From assembly GCA_030426125.1 (NCBI GenBank), contig JAUHZB010000002.1:3633-67632 (forward strand): DNA of 64,000 bases, given 5' to 3'. The notes beneath the pieces are model-generated. The model did no database searches. It had not been told where the DNA came from and saw nothing but the letters and a program-made list of their open reading frames with translations. Origin of the DNA: a bacterium (GTDB lineage Bacteria > Patescibacteriota > Saccharimonadia > Saccharimonadales > AWTP1-31). The number at the start of each line of letters is the position of its first letter. Positions within the stretch are counted from its first letter, which is position 1. Positions 35,101 to 44,871 of this stretch are shown here, one piece after another. Made by a program: the position numbers and the translations under genes.

Positions 35101-35519
35101 AATTTGAATTAGTTACACTTGAAGGATCTAAGTTTGGTGAACAGGTTCACGAAGTAATATTGCCAACCAAAGATGGCTATATTGCTATCTTCCCAGAACA
35201 CATGCCACTAGTTAGTATGGCTGTTCCTGGGGTGATTAGTGTTAGGCGAAAAAGTACTGACCCAGATTCAAAGTTGGAATACTTTGCTACTAATGGTGGA
35301 ATTATTGAAGTCGGAGATAACCGCGTTCGAGTGCTGGTAGATGAAGCTGACCGTGAAGATGAGATTAATGAAAAAGAAGCTCAGGCTGCCTTTGACCATG
35401 CTCAATCACTAGCGAAAGAAGCCAAGGATAATATCTCCTTACAGCAGGCTCAGGGCCTAGTTGATCGCCAGGCAGTTAGGTTGCAGGTAGCAAACCTGCG
35501 ACGAAGAAAACGTCGCTAA
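35094..35519 (+). CDS. atpC: F0F1 ATP synthase subunit epsilon
   Basis: MLKFELVTLEG......V.LPT.DG.I.I.P.H.P... beta-sandwich followed by a helical C-terminus. Last gene of the operon. Confidence 0.9.
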   Translation: MLKFELVTLEGSKFGEQVHEVILPTKDGYIAIFPEHMPLVSMAVPGVISVRRKSTDPDSKLEYFATNGGIIEVGDNRVRVLVDEADREDEINEKEAQAAFDHAQSLAKEAKDNISLQQAQGLVDRQAVRLQVANLRRRKRR

Positions 35520-35609
35520 TAATAACAAACTTGAACTAAAGCGATTATTGGAATATAATCTGCTCGGTAAAACAATTATTAATACTTAAGAAAGCGGTTA
35601 GAATCAGCA

Positions 35610-36608
35610 ATGGACCCAAGAGAAACTAGGGATAGTGAGTTAAATTTGTTTAAAATGGAGGCCGAACCAATGACAGCAACACAAGAGCAAGAAATCCGAG
35701 GACTAGATATTCAAGTAGAACTAGTAGGCTTGGGTAGCACAAACGCAGGTAGCATTGGTAATAGTGAGACAACTGTTGAAACTAGAGCGGCTATTACGGC
35801 AGATGTTAGTAATCCAGAATATATAGTTCCGGTTGACCGGTGGCGTTCATGTTGCGTTGATGGTGGTTTAGACGAGCAGTTAAACCCAAACGGTGAGTAC
35901 CCTTCTCAGCTTGCCGGCTCAATTGTAACTTCCGAATCAGCATCTGAGCTAATGGTCGGTAGTCAATCCAAGCCACTAAGTCAGATTACTGCCGAAAAGA
36001 CAAAGTTAGCCGTAAGTGATGGCATTGAGGTTGTAGTCCATGGTGACACCAATAAAGGTAAGTTGGGTTGTGCAGCCAATGCCTACTTAAAAGAAGTACT
36101 CGTATACAATCAGGAGCATGCTGAAGAAGTGGCTGGATTGGTTGAAGCTCTGGCTGGGCTATCTGGGTTGGATATGACTAAATATGGCCTAGGTCAAGAA
36201 GATGTACTAAGAATTATTGATCAAGGTGCAAAAGCCGCAACTAACTCACAGATAATTGATGTCGATCCTCCACAAAACACCGATATTGCCGTAGAGAATG
36301 GTGCTCAGTACGTTGAACTTGATAGAGTGCATAGTGAACAGGCAGTAGTAGTATCTACAAGCACTGACTACACCTTTAATGGCACAAATTACTCCAAGCA
36401 ACATGACGATGGTGATGGTAATCCACCTCAATATTTCGTGGTAAGTTTAGCTAGTTACGTCGAAAGTGCCTTTAAAAGAGGTCAAAATCATGGAGTTGAT
36501 GCCAAAGACACCGCTCGCCTGGTATTAGGTGTAATGGCCTTTAACGTAGGTGTAGCTAAGTATATCGGCAACCAAAACCTAGAAGCCGCAGTACTAAGCG
36601 TAAAGTAG
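35610..36608 (+). CDS. hypothetical protein
   Basis: 332-aa ORF (start ambiguous among three Met). Conserved-looking CCVDGG and HGDTNKGKLGC segments, but no family recognised. Confidence 0.4.
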   Translation: MDPRETRDSELNLFKMEAEPMTATQEQEIRGLDIQVELVGLGSTNAGSIGNSETTVETRAAITADVSNPEYIVPVDRWRSCCVDGGLDEQLNPNGEYPSQLAGSIVTSESASELMVGSQSKPLSQITAEKTKLAVSDGIEVVVHGDTNKGKLGCAANAYLKEVLVYNQEHAEEVAGLVEALAGLSGLDMTKYGLGQEDVLRIIDQGAKAATNSQIIDVDPPQNTDIAVENGAQYVELDRVHSEQAVVVSTSTDYTFNGTNYSKQHDDGDGNPPQYFVVSLASYVESAFKRGQNHGVDAKDTARLVLGVMAFNVGVAKYIGNQNLEAAVLSVK

Positions 36609-36696
36609 TAAATACTACCTCATTTGCCTGTTTGCAAACACCCAAAAAAAGCATTATAGTTTTTATATATATAAATAAACTCTAGGAGGGTCTTTG

Positions 36697-37434
36697 ATGT
36701 TTAACAAAAGAAAATTAGCTATGTTAGTAGCTGAATTTATGGGTGTAGTGGTACTGACCACTTCAGTATTTTCGGTTATCCGTTGGCAATTGCCATCAAT
36801 GTTCGTAGCTATTGCCGCTGGTTTGGTGTTAGGTTTATTAGTAAACACAATTGGTTCGACTTCTGGGGCTCACGTAAACCCAGCAATTACTCTTGGTCTT
36901 TGGAGTATCCGTAAAGTTACTACTGCTCGAGCTGTAATGTACGTGGCTGTTCAACTACTTGGTGGTCTAGCTGCTCTTGCCCTTCTAAATTATCTGCTAG
37001 GCACCAAGCTAGAGAGCATGATAACTGGTCAATTTGACTGGAAGATATTAATATCCGAGGCAATCGGTGGCTTGATCTTTGGCTTCGGTGTAGCCAGCGC
37101 TGTTTACCAGAAAATGGATAAGAATCAGCTGGCCTTTACAGTTGGTCTTTCGCTTACCGCCGCTATTTTTATCGCCGGAATAGCCTCCAACGGCATCGTT
37201 AACCCTGCATTAGCTGTGGGAATAAAATCATGGAGCTGGGCTTATGCAGTTGGACCAGTGCTTGGTTCAATAATTGGAATGAATATCTATGCTTTGTTCT
37301 TCACCGACATTAACCCAATGGCTAGTGTGAAAATGCCAGCAATTAATCGACCAAAAACTAGCACTCTTCGAACAAATAGAGCTAAACAGACTAAAGCTAA
37401 AACCAACAAGAAAACTTCTACTAAGAAAAAATAA
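36697..37434 (+). CDS. aquaporin / MIP-family channel
   Basis: Two NPA boxes (HVNPAITLG and IVNPALAVG). Six TM. GGAGG RBS 7 nt before ATG 36697. Basic C-terminal tail. Confidence 0.9.
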   Translation: MFNKRKLAMLVAEFMGVVVLTTSVFSVIRWQLPSMFVAIAAGLVLGLLVNTIGSTSGAHVNPAITLGLWSIRKVTTARAVMYVAVQLLGGLAALALLNYLLGTKLESMITGQFDWKILISEAIGGLIFGFGVASAVYQKMDKNQLAFTVGLSLTAAIFIAGIASNGIVNPALAVGIKSWSWAYAVGPVLGSIIGMNIYALFFTDINPMASVKMPAINRPKTSTLRTNRAKQTKAKTNKKTSTKKK

Positions 37435-37457
37435 AAGTATTTTTGTTTTAGAGTCGT

Positions 37458-40400
37458 TTATATCTTAGAGTCTAGTAAATCCTGTTGGAACTGAGTGATA
37501 CCACTAAAGTCTTCAGGGTAGTTACTAGTATCAGGGAAATCTAGGTTTACAATCTTTTTCCAAACAATGCTTGCTAACTTGGCTAGATGTTCCCGGTCCT
37601 GATCACTCGGTTGGTATTGTCTGACAATATCCGATGTTTTTTCGGCCTCCAAATAATGCATTTGACCTATAATACTAGTTTCTTTTTTTACTAGATTGGA
37701 ATTATTGACCAGTAGCGCATAGAAAGTTAGCTGGGTCTTATGGCGCCAAGCTTTGATTAATTTGGATTGGTCCTTAGTCTCCAGGCTGGAGAGTGGTGAT
37801 CCAGTCTTGTAATCAATTATGGTTGCTTGTTTTTCTTCTAGGTGCAAGTTATCTATTTTTCCTTTAATGGTTGCGCCAGATATGTTTATATTATCAAAAT
37901 TCAGCTCTGGGCGACCGCCTTTTGGTAGTTGGTAGTCAGACTCCAGTAGCTTGTTTAGTAGGTTCTTGCCTTTTTCCTGATATCTTTGATACTGCTCAGC
38001 AGGAAGGTATTGTTGCTCTAGGTTCTTAGTAAACTCGGCGATAGCTATTTGCTTGTCTAGGCCACCGGAATTTATCTGTAACTGAGCAATCTCTAAGGCT
38101 TTATGAATAGCGCTACCAAAGGCTTCGGCTTCGGTCTGCGGCTGAGGAAGTCTAAGTAAATAATTCTCGACAAAGCTTTTTGGCCCACCGTATGATAGGT
38201 CTAGGAAAGACAATAAGGCTGATGCGCTTAAACCGTAATTTTCAACCAGTGGTTTTAGTAAATTCTCTTTAGACTTGTTGTTAAGTTCAGGCCAGCGTAG
38301 ATAGGACTCCATGACGGCAGTGGTATTCTCGGTGGGCTGGTCAGCTTTGTTATTTGGCGAAGTAACATCGTATATGAGCGGTGTAGTAAGCACCTCCTTA
38401 TTGTTCTGGTCATTTATGTAGCTAGTGAATATTAAATCTTGTTTTGCTCTGGTAGCTGCTACATACATCAGTCTGGCGTAGTCGTCTTGATCATCAAAAA
38501 CTGGTTGCAGAGGTAGATTCATTGGGGTATAAGTTGAAGTAGATTTTGGCTTCCAGATATTATCTAGAGTGTCTATGATATATACCCTATCGAATTCTAG
38601 TCCTTTGGCTTTATGGACGGTTAGTAGCTCGACTTGCTTACTTGATGACGTTGATCCGCTGTTATAGATAAGGTCGTCCGAAACTACGATGTTATTTTCT
38701 AAAGAAGTATTAATGTAATTAACAAAGTCAGCTAATTTAGGGGTGTGTAGCTTTGAGAATTCTTTTGTTAGGCTGTAGATGTTATTAATGGCCGATAGGG
38801 CTTTTAGGTAGTTGGTATCAGGAGCCTGACTGCTTAGATAATACTCCCTAATTGGTGACTGGAAGTCGCCAAGCGGTCTCATGCCGATAATGTATTCCAT
38901 TGTTACTGGCAATGGTTGGTGTTTGGACTCAGCTGCTAGCGCTAGAAGCCACTTACCGATTGCTTGGCAGGAGAGGCTATCTTTGCTGTTGCCAGGGCGC
39001 CGTATTAGGCTGTCTAGCCAGTCACTTTTTCGGCGGTTGTCTATGGCTAGTCTCCAAAGACTTTCCGGTGATAGACCCCATGCCGGATGGCTAATAACTT
39101 CAGATAATAATAAGTTGGTGGCCTGTTTGTCGCCACTGTTTATGCTACTTAGCAGCCCAGCTATTTTGTGGATCAGCTGAACAACTTCTTGATCAAATAT
39201 ATTATTTTGCAGTTCATAATTAATAGGTATTTTCTGGTTATCTAGGGCGCTGGCCATGAGTTTTAGGCTTTGATGGCCTCGAGCCAAGATAGCTACAGTC
39301 TTCTGGTCGCTTGACTTGTTGTCTGCTAGGAACTGCTTAATATCCTGAGCTAGCGAATAGTGTTGTTGTTCCTGGGTACTATAGACCCACGATTCAACAG
39401 TTGAGCTAGCGATACTCGCTTGGCTAGTAAGTTGTTTATTTATATCCGGATCACGGTTTACTAATCTATCTTCAGCATTGCTAATAATTTTTTCAGAGGC
39501 ATCAATGATTTTCTGACTAGAACGATAGTTCTTAGTTAATACAATTTTCTTAGTGCTGGGATAAGCTTTCTCAAAAGACAGCATGTTATTTAGGTCAGCG
39601 CCGTTGAATTTATAGATAGTTTGGTCATCGTCACCGACCACCATTAAGTTGGGGTTGCCATTAGATGATGGGCTGTCGGCTATTAGGTGGGCTAACTGCA
39701 GTTGGGCGCTGTTGCTGTCCTGGAACTCATCAATTAGAACGTAGTGGTATTGTTCTTGGGCGATAGCTTTGAGTTCAGGGTGTTTACGTAGGGCGGTTAT
39801 AACCTCGATTATCATGTCGGAATGGTCATAGTAGCCACGACTGTGTAGTTGGCGTCGATATTGCTCATAGACATCAGCTAGTTTCAGCCACCAGTCATTG
39901 GCTTTCCGTTGTTTGAGCATTATTGATTTGCCTTCAACTTTACTACGTAAGTTGTTTTTTAGTTTACCGGTATGCTTGGTTTTTCCAGTTTGTTTGTCTT
40001 GCTCAATGCTATGAGCAAACGCCGATTTAATGACTTTTCCTAGATCCTGTAGCGGCAATAAATCGTCGCTGATCCCCTGTTCTGGCAGTTGATCGATTTG
40101 GTTTTGTAGTTGGTCAAGTTTTTTAAAGCTTAAGGGACTATCCAGTATTTGGCAAAGTTGGTCTTCGATTAGATCAATGTATGCTAGGTTAGCTTCAATG
40201 ATGCTTCTAAGTTGATCGGGAGTTAGGCCGGCTTCTTTGACTAGCTTTAAGGCATCTTTTACTTTTTTGTCAGAAGTAAACTTACCAGCGAATTTTAATG
40301 ACAATGGATTATCCAGGGGTAGCTTCTTTAATATAGTAGTTATTATTTCTAGCTGTGAAGCTTCAGGTGCAGTTATTAGTTGAGCGCCATTCCAGAAATA

Positions 40401-40712
40401 TTCTGGATAGATATTCATTATCTCAACAGCGAAACTGTGAAATGTTTTTACATTTATCGCTTTGGCTTCGCCACCAGTTAGTTCAATGATTCGCTGCCGC
40501 ATATTGAGCGCTGCCTTATTGGTAAATGTTAAGCACAGTATGCTACCTGGATCAGTGTCGGTTTTGCGCAGTATGTTTGCCACTCGCATGCTAAGAAGCT
40601 GAGTTTTCCCGGTGCCTGGCCCAGCAATGACCATTACAGGACCATCGATTTGATCAACTGCCCGGCGCTGTTGTTGGTTTAGTTGATTTAGGGATTTATC
40701 GAATTTATCCAT
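37458..40712 (-). CDS. UvrD/PcrA/AddA-type superfamily-1 helicase with C-terminal PD-(D/E)XK nuclease domain
   Basis: Helicase motifs GPGTGKT, LIDEFQDSN, VGDDDQTIYKFNGA, KNYRSS, TVHKAKGLEFD and YVAATRAK. The C-terminal GKIDNL...ATIIDYKTG is a RecB/Cas4-like D...D/ExK motif. No Fe-S Cys cluster. Confidence 0.8.
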   Translation of the reverse strand: MDKFDKSLNQLNQQQRRAVDQIDGPVMVIAGPGTGKTQLLSMRVANILRKTDTDPGSILCLTFTNKAALNMRQRIIELTGGEAKAINVKTFHSFAVEIMNIYPEYFWNGAQLITAPEASQLEIITTILKKLPLDNPLSLKFAGKFTSDKKVKDALKLVKEAGLTPDQLRSIIEANLAYIDLIEDQLCQILDSPLSFKKLDQLQNQIDQLPEQGISDDLLPLQDLGKVIKSAFAHSIEQDKQTGKTKHTGKLKNNLRSKVEGKSIMLKQRKANDWWLKLADVYEQYRRQLHSRGYYDHSDMIIEVITALRKHPELKAIAQEQYHYVLIDEFQDSNSAQLQLAHLIADSPSSNGNPNLMVVGDDDQTIYKFNGADLNNMLSFEKAYPSTKKIVLTKNYRSSQKIIDASEKIISNAEDRLVNRDPDINKQLTSQASIASSTVESWVYSTQEQQHYSLAQDIKQFLADNKSSDQKTVAILARGHQSLKLMASALDNQKIPINYELQNNIFDQEVVQLIHKIAGLLSSINSGDKQATNLLLSEVISHPAWGLSPESLWRLAIDNRRKSDWLDSLIRRPGNSKDSLSCQAIGKWLLALAAESKHQPLPVTMEYIIGMRPLGDFQSPIREYYLSSQAPDTNYLKALSAINNIYSLTKEFSKLHTPKLADFVNYINTSLENNIVVSDDLIYNSGSTSSSKQVELLTVHKAKGLEFDRVYIIDTLDNIWKPKSTSTYTPMNLPLQPVFDDQDDYARLMYVAATRAKQDLIFTSYINDQNNKEVLTTPLIYDVTSPNNKADQPTENTTAVMESYLRWPELNNKSKENLLKPLVENYGLSASALLSFLDLSYGGPKSFVENYLLRLPQPQTEAEAFGSAIHKALEIAQLQINSGGLDKQIAIAEFTKNLEQQYLPAEQYQRYQEKGKNLLNKLLESDYQLPKGGRPELNFDNINISGATIKGKIDNLHLEEKQATIIDYKTGSPLSSLETKDQSKLIKAWRHKTQLTFYALLVNNSNLVKKETSIIGQMHYLEAEKTSDIVRQYQPSDQDREHLAKLASIVWKKIVNLDFPDTSNYPEDFSGITQFQQDLLDSKI

Positions 40713-40907
40713 TGATTAATAGTATATAGGATTGACTGGTAGGTTGATAGGAACAGATACAAACAATGAAATAACTATTGCATAAACATAAGTTTTATGT
40801 TACAGTATTGATTGAACACGAGTTTTGGCTAGATTTCGACTAAAGTCTACTTTGCGAGCTAACTGGTGATAGGGGCGATAAGAGACAAGGAGAGGAGAAA
40901 AGGAGCA

Positions 40908-41189
40908 ATGTTTAATTCATTTACTGAAGTTAAAAGTGGTCGACGTAGCTTGGCTTTACCAGCTATGGCTACCTCTCATGCTCTAAATTCTCGGACAGCG
41001 ACCATCGCTACCCTAACTAGCTATGCCAATTCACTAATATATAAATACCCTGAACAGTACCATCTAATTAACGATATTGTTACAGCTGGTCTGTCGATGA
41101 AGATCTCTTTAAGTGGTGAAAACAGCATTGAGCAACTTCAAGACCAGCTTATTGATCTCGAGAGATATCTAGTAGAAACTAAATACTAA
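40908..41189 (+). CDS. hypothetical small protein
   Basis: AGGAG (40901-05) then ATG 40908. 93 aa. No motif. Confidence 0.45.
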   Translation: MFNSFTEVKSGRRSLALPAMATSHALNSRTATIATLTSYANSLIYKYPEQYHLINDIVTAGLSMKISLSGENSIEQLQDQLIDLERYLVETKY

Positions 41190-41280
41190 TCCTCATTAGT
41201 AGACCAGTACTATCAGATTGGCTATTTATGCCCTTTATGCTATATTTCTAGTAACAGTAACTAAACAAAAAGCAATAAAA

Positions 41281-42900
41281 ATGAACCCCCAGCAACAAGA
41301 CCCCATAGTAGTAAATCCTAATCTTAATACTGAAGGCGGTCCTAGTTCTGGCCCTCAGCCTGGTGCTCCTCAGCAACCGATCAATAACTACCCACCAGCC
41401 GGTCCTAATCAGTCATTTCAGCAGCCGACTGCTCCACAGCCTGGGTTAGCGGGTAGTCAGGCAAATAGCAATTTCGGCAGTTATGCATCACCACCGGCCC
41501 AGCCTAACCCTACTCCAGGCCAGCCCCCAACAACACCTTCGCCACAGTTTTCAGCTATGCCCGGTCAACCTAGGAGCTTTAGCGGTGGTTCTTTTGAAGT
41601 AAATAGTGGTATGCCCCCACCAAAGGCGACTATGCCAGTTAAAGAAAAGTTCGGCGGTAAGAAGCTGGTAATTATCCTTAGTATCCTATTTGTCCTAGGT
41701 TCCCTAGGTGCAGCCTATTTCAGCTTCATTTATTGGCCTAATACTCCGAATAATGTCTGGAGCACGGGACTTAATCGTTCTGGTGAAGCCCTAAATAAAC
41801 TGGTGTCTGAAGCTAGCGAGCAAAAGGCTTTAGAGGAATTTTCAAAATCTAGCCTAACGGCTACTATTGATGGACAGTCTGGAGATACTCGGATTACTGG
41901 AACGTTGGATAGTAAATTCAATAGCAATAAATCGAATAGTGAGTTAAAACTAAAGGCTAACTTGGATAAAGAAGAGTTAGATCTTGGATTTAAGGTACTC
42001 TCGGAATTCCAGGAAGAACAAACTTATCCAAATATCTACTTACAGTACTACGGCCTAAAAGCAGCCGGTCTAGATACTTTCTTACCTGCTGTTGCTGACT
42101 ATGATGGCAAATGGATTGCTATAGAGTCAGAATACTTACAGTCAGTCATTCCGGTTGAGACCAATAGTTCAGGTCAGGAATCAGAGCAGTTGACCAATGA
42201 GCAGTTAAGCGCTGCTGAGGTTACTGAGATTGCTAAAGTAGTTAGTGAAGCGACTTCTGAATATCTATTCACAACCGATTCAGACAAAGCTGTTATAGAA
42301 CTTAGGCAGTTTGTTGGCAAAGAAGAAACAGATGGTAAGAATACTTACCATTACCGAGCTAGTTTAAACCAGCAACACGCCAAAGATTACTGTAGTGCAT
42401 TAGTGGTGAGAGTTACCGCCCTACCATCAATACAGAGAGTGATTGGTGATCAGCTTGAAGACTACAAAAAAGATGGCTTAAAGGAATGCAAAGAAACAGA
42501 AATTGATGATAACGAGTTTGATCTTTGGGTAGATGCTAAGTATAAGCTGATCTATAAGGTTCGACTTTCCGATAAAGATAACGATCAGGTATATGTAGAT
42601 ATCGGCCAGGATTACAATGGTAGTGACGATATATCTTTCTTCATTAACTACCGCGATGATCAGCAAAAGAATGAAGTTCAAACTAGCGTAACAACCAATC
42701 TATCGACAAAGAAAACTAGCGCTAATATGACTATCGGTAGTACTGCTGAAGATCTACCCTACGATATTAAGATAGATGTACAGATTGAGCCATACGACGG
42801 AGAGGTTGATACCAACAAACCAAAAGACAGTACTAGTATCGAGGAAGTCTTGGAAGGTTTAGGGATAGCTCCAGAGGCATTACCTGCTGAGCTTAATTAA
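41281..42900 (+). CDS. single-pass membrane protein with P/Q-rich disordered N-terminus and large extracytoplasmic domain
   Basis: MNPQQQDP..., about 130 aa rich in Pro/Gln/Gly, one TM (LVIILSILFVLGSLGAAYFSFIY), then about 380 aa of mixed composition. Confidence 0.55.
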   Translation: MNPQQQDPIVVNPNLNTEGGPSSGPQPGAPQQPINNYPPAGPNQSFQQPTAPQPGLAGSQANSNFGSYASPPAQPNPTPGQPPTTPSPQFSAMPGQPRSFSGGSFEVNSGMPPPKATMPVKEKFGGKKLVIILSILFVLGSLGAAYFSFIYWPNTPNNVWSTGLNRSGEALNKLVSEASEQKALEEFSKSSLTATIDGQSGDTRITGTLDSKFNSNKSNSELKLKANLDKEELDLGFKVLSEFQEEQTYPNIYLQYYGLKAAGLDTFLPAVADYDGKWIAIESEYLQSVIPVETNSSGQESEQLTNEQLSAAEVTEIAKVVSEATSEYLFTTDSDKAVIELRQFVGKEETDGKNTYHYRASLNQQHAKDYCSALVVRVTALPSIQRVIGDQLEDYKKDGLKECKETEIDDNEFDLWVDAKYKLIYKVRLSDKDNDQVYVDIGQDYNGSDDISFFINYRDDQQKNEVQTSVTTNLSTKKTSANMTIGSTAEDLPYDIKIDVQIEPYDGEVDTNKPKDSTSIEEVLEGLGIAPEALPAELN

Positions 42901-42916
42901 ATACTACAAACAAAAA

Positions 42917-44101
42917 TTAACTTGGTATTTTCTGAATAAATACATTGTTGGCTGGTTGTGCGCCAGTAGCATTCGGCATGATGTTATCGCAGACGACTAG
43001 TTCATCACTTTTTGCATCAAAGACGAAGTTAATTGCTCGGCCATCGTCTCCATCATGAATAATACGGAAGTTGTCGGTTTGTTCGATCGGCATTTCTACA
43101 ATTGTGCAGTTATCATCGCGTTCTTGCTTTAATTCTACTCTTCGAGGTTCACTAATGTTATCTGCCAGTTTTTCGTCGATGTCTCTTTGACCGTAGTAAG
43201 GTACGGAGACGTCAACAAATTGACTTGAAGTTTCTGCTAAGCCAACAGTACCGGCTGCTGTAACGGTTTCCGATTCGATATCATACTGAGCATCGAACTC
43301 AGCAACTTTTTCTTCCCGGACCGCTTGAGCTCTTTCAGCTGCTCGTTCTTCAGCTGCCGCTTCAGCGGCTTGTTGCTCTTCTTCGGCCACGAGTTCGGCT
43401 TGGTGCTCTGCTTGGTTGGCTCTAGAAGTATCAACTAAAGCTTTAACTCCAACGCCTGCGCCAGCCAATACAGCGGTTGTTGCTAGTACAGATACAATTG
43501 CTTTGCCAGCATTTCTGATTCGCCGATCACGGATTCTTTTTTCCAGTTGTTGGTCTAGATCAGCTTCCTTTTTCTCATCGATGCAACCCCCCTGGATACT
43601 GCTAGCTATATCCAGGTATGTGCCAAGGGTTCTAATATCAGTTTCGACATCTATTCGGCCAGCACTATTAACAGCAGAGGTGCTGGGGTTAATATGAGCA
43701 AAGGGACTTGCTAAGTCGCCGTTCATAATTAATAAAATTGGTTTGAACCGTTGATCTTTTTTGTTTGTCATTTCTTGAAACAGCTGAAAACCTATGGTTT
43801 TTTCTCCTGCTTTCTTTTTATTTTCCTCTATGGCGCCAGAGTGATCTGGGAAGTGTTGATGACCAGTTGATACTCTATACATTACGCCTCCATGCTCTTC
43901 TTCGCGATAATAACCCGGTACGGTCATAACATTGGCGGCTATTTCGCATAATTGCGAAGTTAGAAATTCTGGCGTTTGAATACGTTCAACAATTGGGTGG
44001 TCTGAGGGTACACCAAATATATCGGTTACTATTCGAGCACCTACTTCTCTTTGTTCTGGGCCTGGTTGTTGAGCTTGTGCCCCATCTGAGCTACTAGTCA
44101 T
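42917..44101 (-). CDS. hypothetical bitopic protein with central TM and Ala/Glu coiled-coil
   Basis: The ATG at 44101 lies 6 nt after TATTAT. TM is AIVSVLATTAVLAGAGVGV, followed by AEHQAELVAEEEQQAAEAAAEERAAERAQAVREEK. Confidence 0.5.
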   Translation of the reverse strand: MTSSSDGAQAQQPGPEQREVGARIVTDIFGVPSDHPIVERIQTPEFLTSQLCEIAANVMTVPGYYREEEHGGVMYRVSTGHQHFPDHSGAIEENKKKAGEKTIGFQLFQEMTNKKDQRFKPILLIMNGDLASPFAHINPSTSAVNSAGRIDVETDIRTLGTYLDIASSIQGGCIDEKKEADLDQQLEKRIRDRRIRNAGKAIVSVLATTAVLAGAGVGVKALVDTSRANQAEHQAELVAEEEQQAAEAAAEERAAERAQAVREEKVAEFDAQYDIESETVTAAGTVGLAETSSQFVDVSVPYYGQRDIDEKLADNISEPRRVELKQERDDNCTIVEMPIEQTDNFRIIHDGDDGRAINFVFDAKSDELVVCDNIMPNATGAQPANNVFIQKIPS

Positions 44102-44188
44102 TATTATATAATACAAGATTATCAGATATAATTCAAGTATGTGTCGCTATATTATTCACTATTATCCGTCGTTTGCTTATTGAATTTG

Positions 44189-44782
44189 TTAGCTGAAAGC
44201 TCTATCGACAATATGGCTAGCACTAGCTTTCCAAGACACTTCACTTGTATCTATTTGAAGACAGTCTGTAGCGCTACGGTCTAAATACTCCTGTAAGTAG
44301 TTCTGGATATGATGCGGCCTCTTATCTGTTGCTTGTAGACTTAGCTGCTCGGTAGTTAAATCGCCACCAATGGCTAATCTCTCTAATCTATCTTTTTCGC
44401 TGCAGTCTAATAGTACTGCGAGATCCGGTTTCTGTGCGAAGCTTAGTAAATCCAGAGATGCTTGATTGCCCTCGACTGACTCTGCAGCCAATAGATCAAG
44501 CATCCAGCCTGCTCTTAAGGTGCTTTGTCTATCGGCTAGCCTATCCGCGATTACTTGTCCATCGGCTGCCAATAAGCCTAGGTTAAATATTAACCTCTCA
44601 TTGGACGGTAAATCTGCAAATGTCATTTCATCTACCCGCCAAGGGGTGTCTGGTTTATTGTGTTCCCAGCTTAAATAATCAATATCTTGTCTTAACATCT
44701 CAGCTTTTACGAAAGATATTAAAGATTTTTTTCCAACATCATCAATGCCGTGAATGGAAATAAACTTAGCATCTGGTTTCAT
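44189..44782 (-). CDS. thymidylate-kinase-fold protein with atypical P-loop
   Basis: FISIHGIDDVGKKS compares with the Tmk pattern IVIEGLEGAGKTT, with Lys where Thr/Ser is expected. PDLAVLLDCSEKDRLERL compares with PDLTLYLDVTPEVGLKRA. Confidence 0.45.
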   Translation of the reverse strand: MKPDAKFISIHGIDDVGKKSLISFVKAEMLRQDIDYLSWEHNKPDTPWRVDEMTFADLPSNERLIFNLGLLAADGQVIADRLADRQSTLRAGWMLDLLAAESVEGNQASLDLLSFAQKPDLAVLLDCSEKDRLERLAIGGDLTTEQLSLQATDKRPHHIQNYLQEYLDRSATDCLQIDTSEVSWKASASHIVDRAFS

Positions 44783-44871
44783 TAAGCTAACAATAGCCTA
44801 ATATTGGCATACTGTCAATAATATAAACAGGAGTTTCATCTTAATTAACAAGATAGTATAATCCATTGATA

